This document shows, piece after piece, positions 1 through 8,524 of a stretch of 32,000 bases of DNA (its first letter is position 1; each line of letters begins with the position of its first letter). Below the pieces are notes generated by a model that was not told the origin of the DNA, searched no databases, and saw nothing but the letters and a program-made list of their open reading frames with translations. Origin of the DNA: Pseudodesulfovibrio mercurii (lineage in GTDB: Bacteria > Desulfobacterota > Desulfovibrionia > Desulfovibrionales > Desulfovibrionaceae); the NCBI RefSeq assembly GCF_000189295.2, contig NC_016803.1, positions 630,001 to 662,000 of the forward strand, written 5' to 3'. The position numbers were made by a program, and so were the translations under genes.

Positions 1-150
1 GTGCCCGCCGCGCACCCTGGACATGTAGCGCTGGGTGACCACGAGGTGGTATCCGGCCCTGGTGACGGCCCTGGAGAGCAACTGGCCGATGGTCACGAGC
101 CCCTGGCCCGCGGCGCCGCCGATGACGATGTTGATGCTTTTTCCCTGCAT
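1..150 (-). CDS. 5' end (first 50 codons) of a 2-oxoacid:ferredoxin/acceptor oxidoreductase with a gamma-type N-terminal domain; continues past the window start
   Basis: Own translation of the minus strand from ATG at 150-148: MQGKSINIVIGGAAGQGLVTIGQLLSRAVTRAGYHLVVTQRYMSRVRGGH. The GGxxGQG ... YMSRxRGG pattern is typical of the gamma domain of pyruvate/2-oxoglutarate:ferredoxin oxidoreductases. A GGAG sits 5 nt upstream of the ATG. It is absent from the ORF track because there is no stop in the window. Confidence 0.55.
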   Translation of the reverse strand, partial: MQGKSINIVIGGAAGQGLVTIGQLLSRAVTRAGYHLVVTQRYMSRVRGGH

Positions 151-172
151 GCCTGCTCCGGGTTGCGGTAAC

Positions 173-208
173 AAAAAGGCCGGGAGAACGGCTTGCATTC
201 TCCCGGCC
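173..208 (-). terminator. Rho-independent terminator downstream of the ferritin gene
   Basis: On the minus strand, GGCCGGGAGAA (9-nt loop) TTCTCCCGGCC is followed by TTTTT. It lies 16 nt after the ferritin stop codon. Confidence 0.7.
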
Positions 209-223
209 GGTCGGTGTGGTCGG

Positions 224-730
224 TTAGGCGTTGGTCGGCGGGGTGAAGACCCTGGTGCCGAGGTCGCGGTCGAGCATGAACAGCCCGCCGCCGTCGCCGA
301 CGAGCTTGAGCTTGCCCACGGCATCGCCGACGCTCTCCTCTTCCTCGACCTGCTCGGAGATGAACCACTGCAGGAAGATGCCCACGGCGTGGTTGCGCTC
401 CTGCACGGCCAGGTCGGCGATCTTGTTGATGCGCGCGGTCACGCCCTTCTCGTGTTCCAGGGCGTCCTCGAAAGCGGCCAGGGGGGACTCCCAGTCATGC
501 TGCGGGGCCTCGATGGTGCCGAGCTTGGCGTGGCCGCCCGCGTTGTTGATGTAGTTGAAGAAGCGCATGGCGTGGAACATCTCTTCCTGGTACTGGGCGT
601 TCATCCAGGCGGCGAACCCGGACAGTCCCACATGGGTGAAATGGGAGGCCATGGAAAGATAGAGGTTGGCGGAATAGATTTCCCAGTTCATCTGATCGTT
701 GAGCGCATCTTCCAATTTTTCGCTGAGCAT
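224..730 (-). CDS. ftn: Non-haem ferritin (Ftn family)
   Basis: Internal ATG of ORF 224..868. The product MLSEKLEDALNDQMNWEIYSANLYLSMASHF...LQWFISEQVEEE is a clear bacterial ferritin pattern. AAGGAGAC lies upstream of ATG 730. The longer N-terminal extension in the track has no ferritin counterpart. Confidence 0.9.
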   Translation of the reverse strand: MLSEKLEDALNDQMNWEIYSANLYLSMASHFTHVGLSGFAAWMNAQYQEEMFHAMRFFNYINNAGGHAKLGTIEAPQHDWESPLAAFEDALEHEKGVTARINKIADLAVQERNHAVGIFLQWFISEQVEEEESVGDAVGKLKLVGDGGGLFMLDRDLGTRVFTPPTNA

Positions 731-802
731 GACTGAAGTCTCCTTGACTGTATTGTTTTTGTAGGTGCGGGCGGGGCGCGCCATCGCCCCTCGTCCCAGT
801 GG

Positions 803-819
803 GTGATAATAAGCATCAC
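803..819. promoter_or_regulatory. Candidate Fur-family operator upstream of the ferritin gene
   Basis: GTGATAATAAGCATCAC. The core TGATAAT-A-AGCATCA matches the 7-1-7 Fur motif TGATAATnATTATCA at 12 of 14 positions. It lies 73-89 nt upstream of the ferritin start and contains a TATTAT hexamer on the coding strand. Confidence 0.35.
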
Positions 820-913
820 AAGCAAAAAGGCCAGAGCATGCTAGACCATTTTTTCGCTGTTTTTGCAAGTCGCCACGGTCTGCGACGGAACGGCGTCGCC
901 CGGCCCCGCGCGG

Positions 914-3124
914 CTAGTAGAGGCGATTCTGGTCGAAGATGGCCCGCAGCCGGTAGGCGAGGTGCGTGTTGCGGTTGCCCGAGGTGGCGTTGGCCAGGCC
1001 GATGCGGAAGGCCCGATCCGAGCCGATGAGCACGGCCAGTTCGCGGGCGCGGGTCAGGCCGGTGTAGAGCAGGTTGCGCTGCAACAGCAGGAAATGCTGG
1101 GTGACGATGGGCATGACCACGGCCGGGTACTCGCTGCCCTGGGACTTGTGCACGGAGACCGCGTAGGCCAGGCCCAGTTCGTCCAGCTCCGAGGCCTCGA
1201 AGTGCACCAGGTTGCCGTCGAACTCGACCATCAGCTCCTGCTCCTCGGGATCGACCTCGGATATCCAGCCCAGGTCGCCGTTGAACACTTCTTTGTCGTA
1301 GTTGTTCTTGAGCTGGATGACCCGGTCCCCTTCCCGGAAGGTGGCGAACTTGCGCTTGAGCTCGCGCACGCCCGGACCCGGCGGGTTGAGGCGCGCCTGG
1401 AGGGCCGCGTTCAGGGCCTGGGTGCCGACCTCGCCCTTGTGCATGGGGGTGAGCACCTGAATGTCGCGCAACGGGTCCAGGCCGTAGCGCTCGGGGATGC
1501 GTTCGCAGACCGAGTCGAGGATGAGCCGCTGGACCTTGGCCGGGTCCTCCTGGGGAATCCAGTAGAAGTCCGCCTCGGGCGGCGGGCACGGGTGCTGGCG
1601 CGGAAACTTGCCCTCGTTGATCAGGTGGGCGTTGACCACGATGAAGCTCTCCTGGGCCTGGCGGAAGATGTGCGTCAGCACGGCGCAGGGCACGCGGCGG
1701 GACTCGATGAGGTCGCCCAGGACGTTGCCCGGCCCCACGCTGGGCAGCTGGTTCACGTCGCCCACCAGGATCAGGCGGCAGGTGTGCGGCAGGGCCCGCA
1801 GGATGGAGACGAAGAGCTGGGCGTCCACCATGGAGGCCTCGTCCACCACGAGCACGTCGGCCTTGAGCTTCTGGTCCTCGCAGTAGTGGAACCCGCCGTC
1901 GGGCTGGAACTGGAGCATGCGGTGCACGGTCTTGGCCGGGTGGCCGGTGGCCTCGGCCATGCGCTTGGCCGCCCTGCCCGTGGGCGCGGCCTGCTTGACC
2001 TTGAGCCCGAGCTCCTTGAGGGTCAGCAGGATCGCCTTGGTGATGGTCGTCTTGCCGGTGCCGGGCCCGCCGGTGATGATGAAGACCTTGTTGGAGCACG
2101 CCTCGAAGACCGCCTCGCGCTGCTCCTCGGACAGGGTGAAGCCGAGCTTGTCCTCCACCAGGGGCAGGGTCTTGTCGATCTTCTTGCGCGAGATGGGCGT
2201 GGGGTGGCTGATGAGCTGGTACAGCCGCTGGGTGGTCTCGTTCTCGTAGTGGAAGAAATACATGAGGTAGACCGCCTCGGAGATGCCCTGCTCGGACAGG
2301 TTCTCGATGCGGATGCGCTTCTTCTCCTCCAGGGCGTACAGGGCCAGCTCCAGCTTGTCGAAGTCCGTGGTGTCGAGCATGCGGGCCACGTCCTCCAGGA
2401 GTTTGGGCTTGGGCAGGAACAGGTGGCCGTTGCGCTCGCAGGAGGTCAGCAGGGTGTAGGCGATGGCCGCCTCGAACCGCTGGGCACTGTCCGGGGCGAA
2501 GCCGAGCTTCATGGCCATGTGGTCGGCGGTCTTGAAGCCCACGCCCCGAATCTCGTAGGCCAGGTCGTAGGGGTTCTCGCGCAGCTTGGCCTCGGCCTGG
2601 GCCCCGTAGAGATGGAATATCTTGCCCGCGAAGGTGGTCGGCACCTTGTGGGACTGGAGGAAGACCAGCAGGTTCTTGATCTCCCGCTGGCGGCCCCAGG
2701 ACTCGATGATGTCCTTGAGCTTGTTCTTGGAGATGCCCTTGATGCGCAGGAGCTGTTCCGGATCCTCGTCCAGGACGTCCAGGACGCCCACGCCGAATTC
2801 CTCGACGATCAGGGCGGCGGTCTTCTCCCCCACCCCCTTGATGGACGACTGCAGGAAGCGCATGACCCCGTTCTCGGTGGCGGGCCGGGCCTCCTCGAAG
2901 GAAGCCACCTCGAACTGGCGGCCGAACTTGGGGTGGGTGATCCACCGGCCGCGCAGGTTCAGGCTCGCGCCCCCGGCCAGCTCGCCGAGGATGCCGACGA
3001 TGGTGATCTGGCCCGGTTCGTCCTTGGTCCGGACGCGGACGATGGCGTAGCCGTTTTCCTTGTTGTGATAGATGACGCTGACGACTTCGGCGTCGTTCAG
3101 ACTGGTCTGCTGCTCGTCGCTCAT
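914..3124 (-). CDS. recD2: RecD2-type SF1B ATP-dependent DNA helicase
   Basis: Internal ATG of ORF 914..3571 (MSDEQQTSLNDAEVVSVIYHNKENGYAIVRV...). It has the N-terminal OB/HhH region, Walker A ITGGPGTGKTT, DEASMVD, and the C-terminal SVHKSQGSEYP motif typical of RecD/RecD2. Confidence 0.9.
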   Translation of the reverse strand: MSDEQQTSLNDAEVVSVIYHNKENGYAIVRVRTKDEPGQITIVGILGELAGGASLNLRGRWITHPKFGRQFEVASFEEARPATENGVMRFLQSSIKGVGEKTAALIVEEFGVGVLDVLDEDPEQLLRIKGISKNKLKDIIESWGRQREIKNLLVFLQSHKVPTTFAGKIFHLYGAQAEAKLRENPYDLAYEIRGVGFKTADHMAMKLGFAPDSAQRFEAAIAYTLLTSCERNGHLFLPKPKLLEDVARMLDTTDFDKLELALYALEEKKRIRIENLSEQGISEAVYLMYFFHYENETTQRLYQLISHPTPISRKKIDKTLPLVEDKLGFTLSEEQREAVFEACSNKVFIITGGPGTGKTTITKAILLTLKELGLKVKQAAPTGRAAKRMAEATGHPAKTVHRMLQFQPDGGFHYCEDQKLKADVLVVDEASMVDAQLFVSILRALPHTCRLILVGDVNQLPSVGPGNVLGDLIESRRVPCAVLTHIFRQAQESFIVVNAHLINEGKFPRQHPCPPPEADFYWIPQEDPAKVQRLILDSVCERIPERYGLDPLRDIQVLTPMHKGEVGTQALNAALQARLNPPGPGVRELKRKFATFREGDRVIQLKNNYDKEVFNGDLGWISEVDPEEQELMVEFDGNLVHFEASELDELGLAYAVSVHKSQGSEYPAVVMPIVTQHFLLLQRNLLYTGLTRARELAVLIGSDRAFRIGLANATSGNRNTHLAYRLRAIFDQNRLY

Positions 3125-3135
3125 GGGGTTCCCGG

Positions 3136-3741
3136 TCACATCTTCTGGCGGTGGACCAGCGACTGCTTGAGGGTCTCCTTGTCCATGTACTTGACCTCGG
3201 CCCCCATGGGGATGCCCTGGGCCAGGCGGGTCACGGAGACCCCGGGGAACTCGGACTCCACCAGGTTCTTGACGTAGGAGGCCGTGGACTCGGCGTCCAG
3301 GGTGGCGCCCAAGGCCAGGATCAGCTCGGAGAAATCGCCCGAGGCCAGCCTGCGCCGCAGCCGCTCGATCTCGAGCTGGCCGGGGTCCACGCCGTCCAGG
3401 GGGGACAACAGCCCGCCGAGCACCAGATATTTTCCCCGGTAGACGCCCATCTCCTCCAGGGCCAGGAGGGCGTCCCATTCGGGCACCAGACAGAGCTGGC
3501 CGGTGTCGCGCGTCGCGTCGGCGCAGATGGCGCAGGGGCTGGACTCGGCCAGGCAGGCGCAGTCCTCGCACAGGCAGAGCCGCTCGCGCAGATCCAAGAT
3601 GGACTGCCCCACCCCGGCGGCCCGCTCGCGGGGCATCTTGAGCAGGGTCAGGGCGATGCGCAGGGCGGATTTGGGGCCGATGCCGGGCAGGCTCGACAGT
3701 TGATCGACCACTTCCTTGAGCGGTCCGGGAAGGTTCTGCAA
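3136..3741 (-). CDS. recR: Recombination protein RecR
   Basis: LPGIGPKSALRIA helix-hairpin-helix, a Cys4 zinc motif (CEDCACL...CAIC) and a Toprim region. I place the start at TTG 3741 because AAGGAG lies 5 nt upstream and this gives the usual length of about 200 aa. The ATG at 3822 adds an Arg/Pro-rich extension with no RecR equivalent. Confidence 0.88.
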   Translation of the reverse strand: MQNLPGPLKEVVDQLSSLPGIGPKSALRIALTLLKMPRERAAGVGQSILDLRERLCLCEDCACLAESSPCAICADATRDTGQLCLVPEWDALLALEEMGVYRGKYLVLGGLLSPLDGVDPGQLEIERLRRRLASGDFSELILALGATLDAESTASYVKNLVESEFPGVSVTRLAQGIPMGAEVKYMDKETLKQSLVHRQKM

Positions 3742-3831
3742 TGGGGCTCCTTGAGGAAAAACGGTCGCCCGAAGGCGGTGCGGCGGCGCGGACGGACGTC
3801 CGGGCCGCGACACGCCGGGCAACGGACGGAC

Positions 3832-4143
3832 TTAGAACATGCCGGGGATGGAAATGCCGCCGGTGACGCCCTTCATGGCCTCCTCCATCATCTCCTTGGA
3901 CTTCTTGAGGGCCTCGTTGGCCGCGGTCATGACCAGGTCCTGAAGCATCTCCACGTCGCCGGACTCCATGACGGACGGCTCGATGCGCACCTCGGTGACC
4001 TCCTGGGCCCCGGTGACCTTGACGGTGACCATGCCGCCGCCGCTGGAGGCCTCGACCTCCTTGGTCTTCAGGGCGTCCTGGGCTTCGGTCATCTTGCGCT
4101 GCATGATCTGGGCCTGACGGAGCATTTCGTTCATGCCTTTCAT
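3832..4143 (-). CDS. ybaB: Nucleoid-associated protein YbaB/EbfC
   Basis: 103 aa, MKGMNEMLRQAQIMQRKMTEAQ...GGGMVTVKVTG, ending PGMF. It sits in the classical position between dnaX and recR. GAGGAG lies upstream. Confidence 0.92.
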   Translation of the reverse strand: MKGMNEMLRQAQIMQRKMTEAQDALKTKEVEASSGGGMVTVKVTGAQEVTEVRIEPSVMESGDVEMLQDLVMTAANEALKKSKEMMEEAMKGVTGGISIPGMF

Positions 4144-4166
4144 TATATTCTCCTCGGATCGTGGGC

Positions 4167-6035
4167 TTACTGTTTTCTGTGACCGACGGAAAGCATCTGG
4201 GCGTTGAAGGCCTCCATGACCCTGATCACGCCGGGATGGTTTTCCGCCTCTTCCATGAGTTGCTTGTCCGATTTGGGCTCGGCAATATCGCCTGTTTCCA
4301 CGCGAACCTCAACCATTGGACCGAAAAATTCCCTGGTCAGCCCGTCCAGGGCCGCCAGCGTGGATTTCTCCTTGAGCTGCGAACACATCGTCCGGGTCCT
4401 GCAGACGATCTTGAGTCCGTTCCGGTCGCGCACCCCTTCTGTCAGGTGGAGCATGGACACCTTGACCCCGGCCTCGCCGTTGCGCGCCTCCACGAACTTG
4501 AGAAACCCTTCCCAGTCGCGCGGACCGGGGATGGACGCGGCCTGGACAGGGTGCGCCGCGTGCTCGGACAGGGGCGTGGCGTCGGACGGGCCGACGGGCT
4601 CGGGTTCCGGCTCGGGCCGGGCCGGGGGCGCGGACTGCGCCCTGGGCGGCGCGAAGCCGGACCCGTGTGATTCCCGGGCCTCATGGTGCGTCGGCTGGGC
4701 CGAACGGACCGGCGGCGCGGCCTGATACGAAACCTGTTGCGGAGGTTGCGGCGCGGCCTGTTGCGTCGGCGCGAACTGCCTGCCGCCCGGCATGTTCCGG
4801 CCGGACGGCATGCCCTGCCCTCCTGCCTGCGTGCCCCGCCCGCCCTGCATGCCGGAACCGGACGCGGGACCCGACTGGCCCCCGCCCATGGGGGAACGGG
4901 GCGCGCCGCCGGTGCGCGGGCTCAAGGTCTCCAGGTTGATCAGGTCGGGCAGGCTGGTCAGGTTGAGCAGCAGCAGCTCCAGGGCCAGGGCCGGTTCCAG
5001 GCTGGTCATGACCTTGCGCTGGCCGTCCAGGGTCATCTGCCAGCAGGCGTGGATGTGCGCGGGCTCGAACTTGCCCGCCCAGTTCATCCAGCCCACGGCC
5101 TCCTCGCCGGACAGGCCGAGGAGCGGCAGGGCCGCCTCGCCCGCCTGGCGGAGCAGGAACATGTTCCGCCAGCAGCTGGTCAGCTCGCGCAGGAAGAAGC
5201 CGAGGTCGAGCCCCTGGTCCAGGACCTGCCGGAGCACGTGGCCCACGGCCACCAGGTCGCGGGCGTGCATGGATTCCATGAGCCCGAAGAAGACGTCCTG
5301 GCCCGCCAGACCGAGGAAGCCGCGCACGTCGGCCTCCCTGAGCACGTCCTCGCCCATGGCCAGGGCCTGGCCGAGCAGGGACATGGAGTCGCGCACCGAG
5401 CCCGCGCCGCGCTTGGCGATGATGGACAGCGCGCTGGGCTCGTACTTGAGCCCCTCGAGATTCATGATCTTTTCGAGATGGGCCACTAGTTCGGCCTGGG
5501 GCAGCATCTTGAAGGTATAGTGCTGGCAGCGGCTGATGATGGTCGCGGGAAACTTGTGGTGCTCGGTGGTGGCCATGATGAAGGTGGCGCGCGGCGGCGG
5601 CTCCTCCAGGGTCTTGAGCAGGGCGTTGAAGGCCTCCTTGGTGAGCATGTGCGCCTCGTCGATGATGAAGACCTTGTAGCGGCCGTCGATGGGCGCGTAG
5701 CCGATGTCCTCCTTGAGGCGGCGGGCGTCGTCGATGCCCCGGTTGGACGCGCCGTCGATCTCGATGACGTCCGGGGCCACGCCCGCGGTGATCTGGCGGC
5801 AGTGGTCGCAGACGTTGCACGGCTCGCCCGTTGGCGCGTTCACGCAGTTGAGCGCCTTGGCGAAGATGCGGGCGATGGTCGTCTTGCCCACGCCGCGGGT
5901 GCCGGAAAAAAGATAGGCGGGCGCGATCTTGTCCTGGGCCGCCGCCCTGGAAAGGATGGATTTGACCGCCTGCTGCCCCGCCACTTCCTCGAAGGTCTGG
6001 GGACGATACTTGGCCGTGAGATTCGCTGTGCTCAT
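4167..6035 (-). CDS. dnaX: DNA polymerase III subunit gamma/tau
   Basis: YRPQTFEEVAGQ, Walker A GTRGVGKTT, a zinc module CNVCDHC, and IIDEAHML. A long Pro/Gly/Gln/Ala-rich linker precedes the C-terminal domain. Confidence 0.95.
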   Translation of the reverse strand: MSTANLTAKYRPQTFEEVAGQQAVKSILSRAAAQDKIAPAYLFSGTRGVGKTTIARIFAKALNCVNAPTGEPCNVCDHCRQITAGVAPDVIEIDGASNRGIDDARRLKEDIGYAPIDGRYKVFIIDEAHMLTKEAFNALLKTLEEPPPRATFIMATTEHHKFPATIISRCQHYTFKMLPQAELVAHLEKIMNLEGLKYEPSALSIIAKRGAGSVRDSMSLLGQALAMGEDVLREADVRGFLGLAGQDVFFGLMESMHARDLVAVGHVLRQVLDQGLDLGFFLRELTSCWRNMFLLRQAGEAALPLLGLSGEEAVGWMNWAGKFEPAHIHACWQMTLDGQRKVMTSLEPALALELLLLNLTSLPDLINLETLSPRTGGAPRSPMGGGQSGPASGSGMQGGRGTQAGGQGMPSGRNMPGGRQFAPTQQAAPQPPQQVSYQAAPPVRSAQPTHHEARESHGSGFAPPRAQSAPPARPEPEPEPVGPSDATPLSEHAAHPVQAASIPGPRDWEGFLKFVEARNGEAGVKVSMLHLTEGVRDRNGLKIVCRTRTMCSQLKEKSTLAALDGLTREFFGPMVEVRVETGDIAEPKSDKQLMEEAENHPGVIRVMEAFNAQMLSVGHRKQ

Positions 6036-6087
6036 GGGTCTGCCCGTGGCTGTGGCGCGGAGGCCGCCTTTTCCCGGAAATACGAAT

Positions 6088-6127
6088 AAAAAAAGGGGAA
6101 ACCCGACATTCCGCGCCGGATTTCCCC
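6088..6127 (-). terminator. Rho-independent terminator after ilvE
   Basis: On the minus strand, GGGGAAATCCG (11-nt loop) CGGGTTTCCCC forms an 11-bp stem with one G-U pair, followed by TTTTTTT. It lies 40 nt after the ilvE stop. Confidence 0.75.
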
Positions 6128-6166
6128 CTACTTACCAGATGATGAACCGGTTTTCTAGACTTTCTA

Positions 6167-7090
6167 TCAAGCCTGGTAGCGGTGCAGCCAGTGCTCGTAG
6201 TCGGGGTTTTCGCCCTTGACGATCTTGAAGAACTCGGCCTGGAGCAGCTTGGCCACCGGGCCCGCCTTGCCGTCGCCGATCTGGCGGCGGTCCACGGAGC
6301 TGATCGGGGTCAGTTCGGCCGCGGTGCCGGTGAAGAAGACCTCGTCGGCCACGTAGAGCATGTCGCGGGCGATGGGCTCCTCGCGGACCTCGTAGCCCAG
6401 GTCCCCGGCCAGGGAGATGATGGAGTCGCGGGTCAGGCCGCCGAGCACGCCGTCCAGGTGCGGGGTGTAGATGACGTCGTCGCGGACCAGGAAGATGTTC
6501 TCGCCGGTGCCCTCGGAAACGTGGCCCGTGGTGTCGAGCAGGATGGCCTCGTCGAAGCCGTCGGCAATGGCCTCGTTCTTGGCCAGAACGGAGTTGACGT
6601 AGTTGCCCGAGGCCTTGGCCTTGACCATCATGACGTTGACGTGATGGCGGCTGAAGCTGCTGCACCGGACGCTGATGCCCTTCTCCAGGGCGTCCTCGCC
6701 CAGGTAGGCGCCCCAAGGCCAGGCGGCGATGATGGCGCGCACCGGGTTGTCGCCGGGGTAGACGCCCATGGCGCCCTCGCCCACGAAGACCAGCGGCCGG
6801 ACGTAGGCGCCGGGCAGCTTGTTGACCTTGAGGGTCTCGATGGCGGCCTCGGTCATCTCGTCGGCGGTGTAGGGCATCTTGATGCCCAGGATCTTGGTCG
6901 AATCGACCAGGCGGACCATGTGGTCCCTGAGACGGAAGACCTCGGACGAGCCGTCCGCGCACTCGTAGGCGCGGATGCCCTCGAAGACCGCCGTGGCATA
7001 GTGCAGGGCGTGGGTCAGGACGTGCACGTTGGCCTCGTCCCAGGGAACCTGTTTACCATCGAACCAGATGGTTTCGGACTTCTGAACCAT
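6167..7090 (-). CDS. ilvE: Branched-chain amino acid aminotransferase
   Basis: Internal ATG of ORF 6167..7234. MVQKSETIWFDGKQVPWDEANVHVLTHALHYATAVFEGIRAY is the fold-type IV PLP IlvE pattern. AAGGAGA lies 6 nt upstream. Confidence 0.92.
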   Translation of the reverse strand: MVQKSETIWFDGKQVPWDEANVHVLTHALHYATAVFEGIRAYECADGSSEVFRLRDHMVRLVDSTKILGIKMPYTADEMTEAAIETLKVNKLPGAYVRPLVFVGEGAMGVYPGDNPVRAIIAAWPWGAYLGEDALEKGISVRCSSFSRHHVNVMMVKAKASGNYVNSVLAKNEAIADGFDEAILLDTTGHVSEGTGENIFLVRDDVIYTPHLDGVLGGLTRDSIISLAGDLGYEVREEPIARDMLYVADEVFFTGTAAELTPISSVDRRQIGDGKAGPVAKLLQAEFFKIVKGENPDYEHWLHRYQA

Positions 7091-7242
7091 GAAAGATCTC
7101 CTTATGTGTTTCGGCCTTCGGCCGGATATACTCCTGATCGAAAGATGGACGCTAAGAAAAACCGCCGGGGAGGTCAAGACACAACCGTCAATTCGTTGAT
7201 TGCGCGTCTTTGCCCGACGGTCGATTTCGCCCATTTTTCATT

Positions 7243-7271
7243 TTGACAGTGCACACCGTGCAGAGTAAGAA
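7243..7271 (+). promoter_or_regulatory. Sigma70-type promoter candidate for the aminotransferase-hom operon
   Basis: TTGACA (7243-7248), a 17-nt spacer, then TAAGAA (7266-7271). It lies about 40 nt upstream of ATG 7311, with a GAGGAG Shine-Dalgarno between. Confidence 0.45.
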
Positions 7272-7310
7272 AATTTCCTTGTACCAATACATTTTGAGGA
7301 GTTTTCCGCC

Positions 7311-8522
7311 ATGTCAAAGTTTGCGAGAGTCGATCGACTGCCCCCCTATGTGTTCGCCCAGGTCAACGAACTCAAGATGAAGCTGCGCCACGCAGGCGCG
7401 GACATCATCGACCTGGGAATGGGCAACCCCGATGTGCCCACCCCCAAGCCCATTCTCGACAAGCTGGCAGAGGCGGCATACAAGCCCGGCAACTCCAAGT
7501 ACTCGGCATCCAAGGGAATCAAGGGCCTGCGCAAGGCCGTTCAGGACTGGTACTACCGCCGCTTCGACGTGACGCTGGACCGCGACAGCGAGATCTGCGT
7601 GACCATGGGCGCCAAGGAAGGGCTGGCCCATCTGGCCCTGGCCATGCTCTCGCCCGGCGACGTGGTCCTGGCCCCGGACCCGGCCTACCCCATCCATCCC
7701 TACGCCTCGATCATCGCGGGCGCCGACGTGCGCCGCGTGCCCATCGGACCGGGCCAGGACTTCTTCGAGAACCTGGAGACGGCCATCCGGCACACCTGGC
7801 CCAAGCCCAAGCTCCTGATCATCAACTTCCCGCACAACCCGACCACCCAGTGCGTGGACCTGCCCTTCTTCCAGCGGATCATCGACTTCGCCAAGGAGAA
7901 CGGGCTGTACGTCATCCACGACCTGGCCTACGCGGACTTCGTCTTCGACGGGTACGTGGCCCCGAGCCTGATGCAGGCCGACGGCGCCAAGGACGTGGCC
8001 GTGGAGTTCTTCTCCATGACCAAGAGCTATTCCATGGCCGGCATGCGCGTGGGCTACTGCGTGGGCAACCCGGACATGGTCAACGCCCTGACCCGCATCA
8101 AGAGCTATCTCGACTACGGCATCTACCAGCCCATCCAGATCGCGGCCGCCTGCGCCCTGAACGGCGACCTCGACGACTGTCCCAAGTTCACTCAGGAGGA
8201 CATGGACAAGGCGGTCCGCGAGATCATGGCCGTGTACCAGGACCGCCGCGACGCCCTGTGCGAGGGCTTGAACCGCATCGGCTGGTGCGTGACCCCGCCC
8301 CAGGCGACCATGTTCCTGTGGGCCAAGATTCCCGACGAGTTCAAGCACATGGGCTCCGTGGAGTTCTCCAAGATGCTCCTGCAGGAGGCCGAAGTGGCGG
8401 TCTCGCCCGGTCTCGGCTTCGGCCAGTACGGCGACGACCACGTCCGCTTCAGCTTCGTGGAGAACCGTCACCGCACGAACCAGGCAGTGCGCAACCTGCG
8501 CAAATTCTTCGCAAAGGGGTAA
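7311..8522 (+). CDS. Class I/II PLP aminotransferase, AlaC-like (alanine/aspartate transaminase type)
   Basis: [38 protein letters not shown] closely follows the N-terminal pattern of E. coli AlaC-type enzymes. [12 protein letters not shown] carries the PLP lysine. Confidence 0.9.
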   Translation: MSKFARVDRLPPYVFAQVNELKMKLRHAGADIIDLGMGNPDVPTPKPILDKLAEAAYKPGNSKYSASKGIKGLRKAVQDWYYRRFDVTLDRDSEICVTMGAKEGLAHLALAMLSPGDVVLAPDPAYPIHPYASIIAGADVRRVPIGPGQDFFENLETAIRHTWPKPKLLIINFPHNPTTQCVDLPFFQRIIDFAKENGLYVIHDLAYADFVFDGYVAPSLMQADGAKDVAVEFFSMTKSYSMAGMRVGYCVGNPDMVNALTRIKSYLDYGIYQPIQIAAACALNGDLDDCPKFTQEDMDKAVREIMAVYQDRRDALCEGLNRIGWCVTPPQATMFLWAKIPDEFKHMGSVEFSKMLLQEAEVAVSPGLGFGQYGDDHVRFSFVENRHRTNQAVRNLRKFFAKG

Positions 8523-8524
8523 GC

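Noticed and set aside
821-833. Sigma54-like TGGCC...TTGC upstream of ferritin
   Set aside because: The GG-to-GC spacing is 3 nt shorter than the invariant -24/-12 spacing.
869-899. Two mutually exclusive hairpins (GTCGC/GCGAC and GCGACG/CGTCGC) after recD2 that resemble an attenuator
   Set aside because: The stems are only 5-6 bp. There is no U-tract, no leader peptide and no downstream gene to regulate apart from the separately promoted ferritin.
863-3277. 804-aa plus-strand ORF, and the 709-aa alternative-frame ORF 816..2945, overlapping recD2
   Set aside because: One is antisense and the other out of frame to a helicase with unmistakable motifs. The products are Gly/Arg/Ala/His/Pro-rich low-complexity strings. 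Long stop-free frames are expected in DNA this GC-rich.
3742-3822. ATG-initiated N-terminal extension of recR
   Set aside because: The extension (MPGVSRPGRPSAPPHRLRATVFPQGAP) has no RecR counterpart. AAGGAG is correctly spaced for TTG 3741.
4167-6035. Programmed -1 frameshift site in dnaX
   Set aside because: No A-AAA-AAG heptamer or comparable slippery run is present on the coding strand. The only related stretch is GAAAAG near 5465.
6036-6166. SRP RNA (ffs), often found upstream of dnaX
   Set aside because: The spacer is explained by the ilvE terminator and a short promoter region. No SRP domain-IV-like conserved hairpin was recognised.
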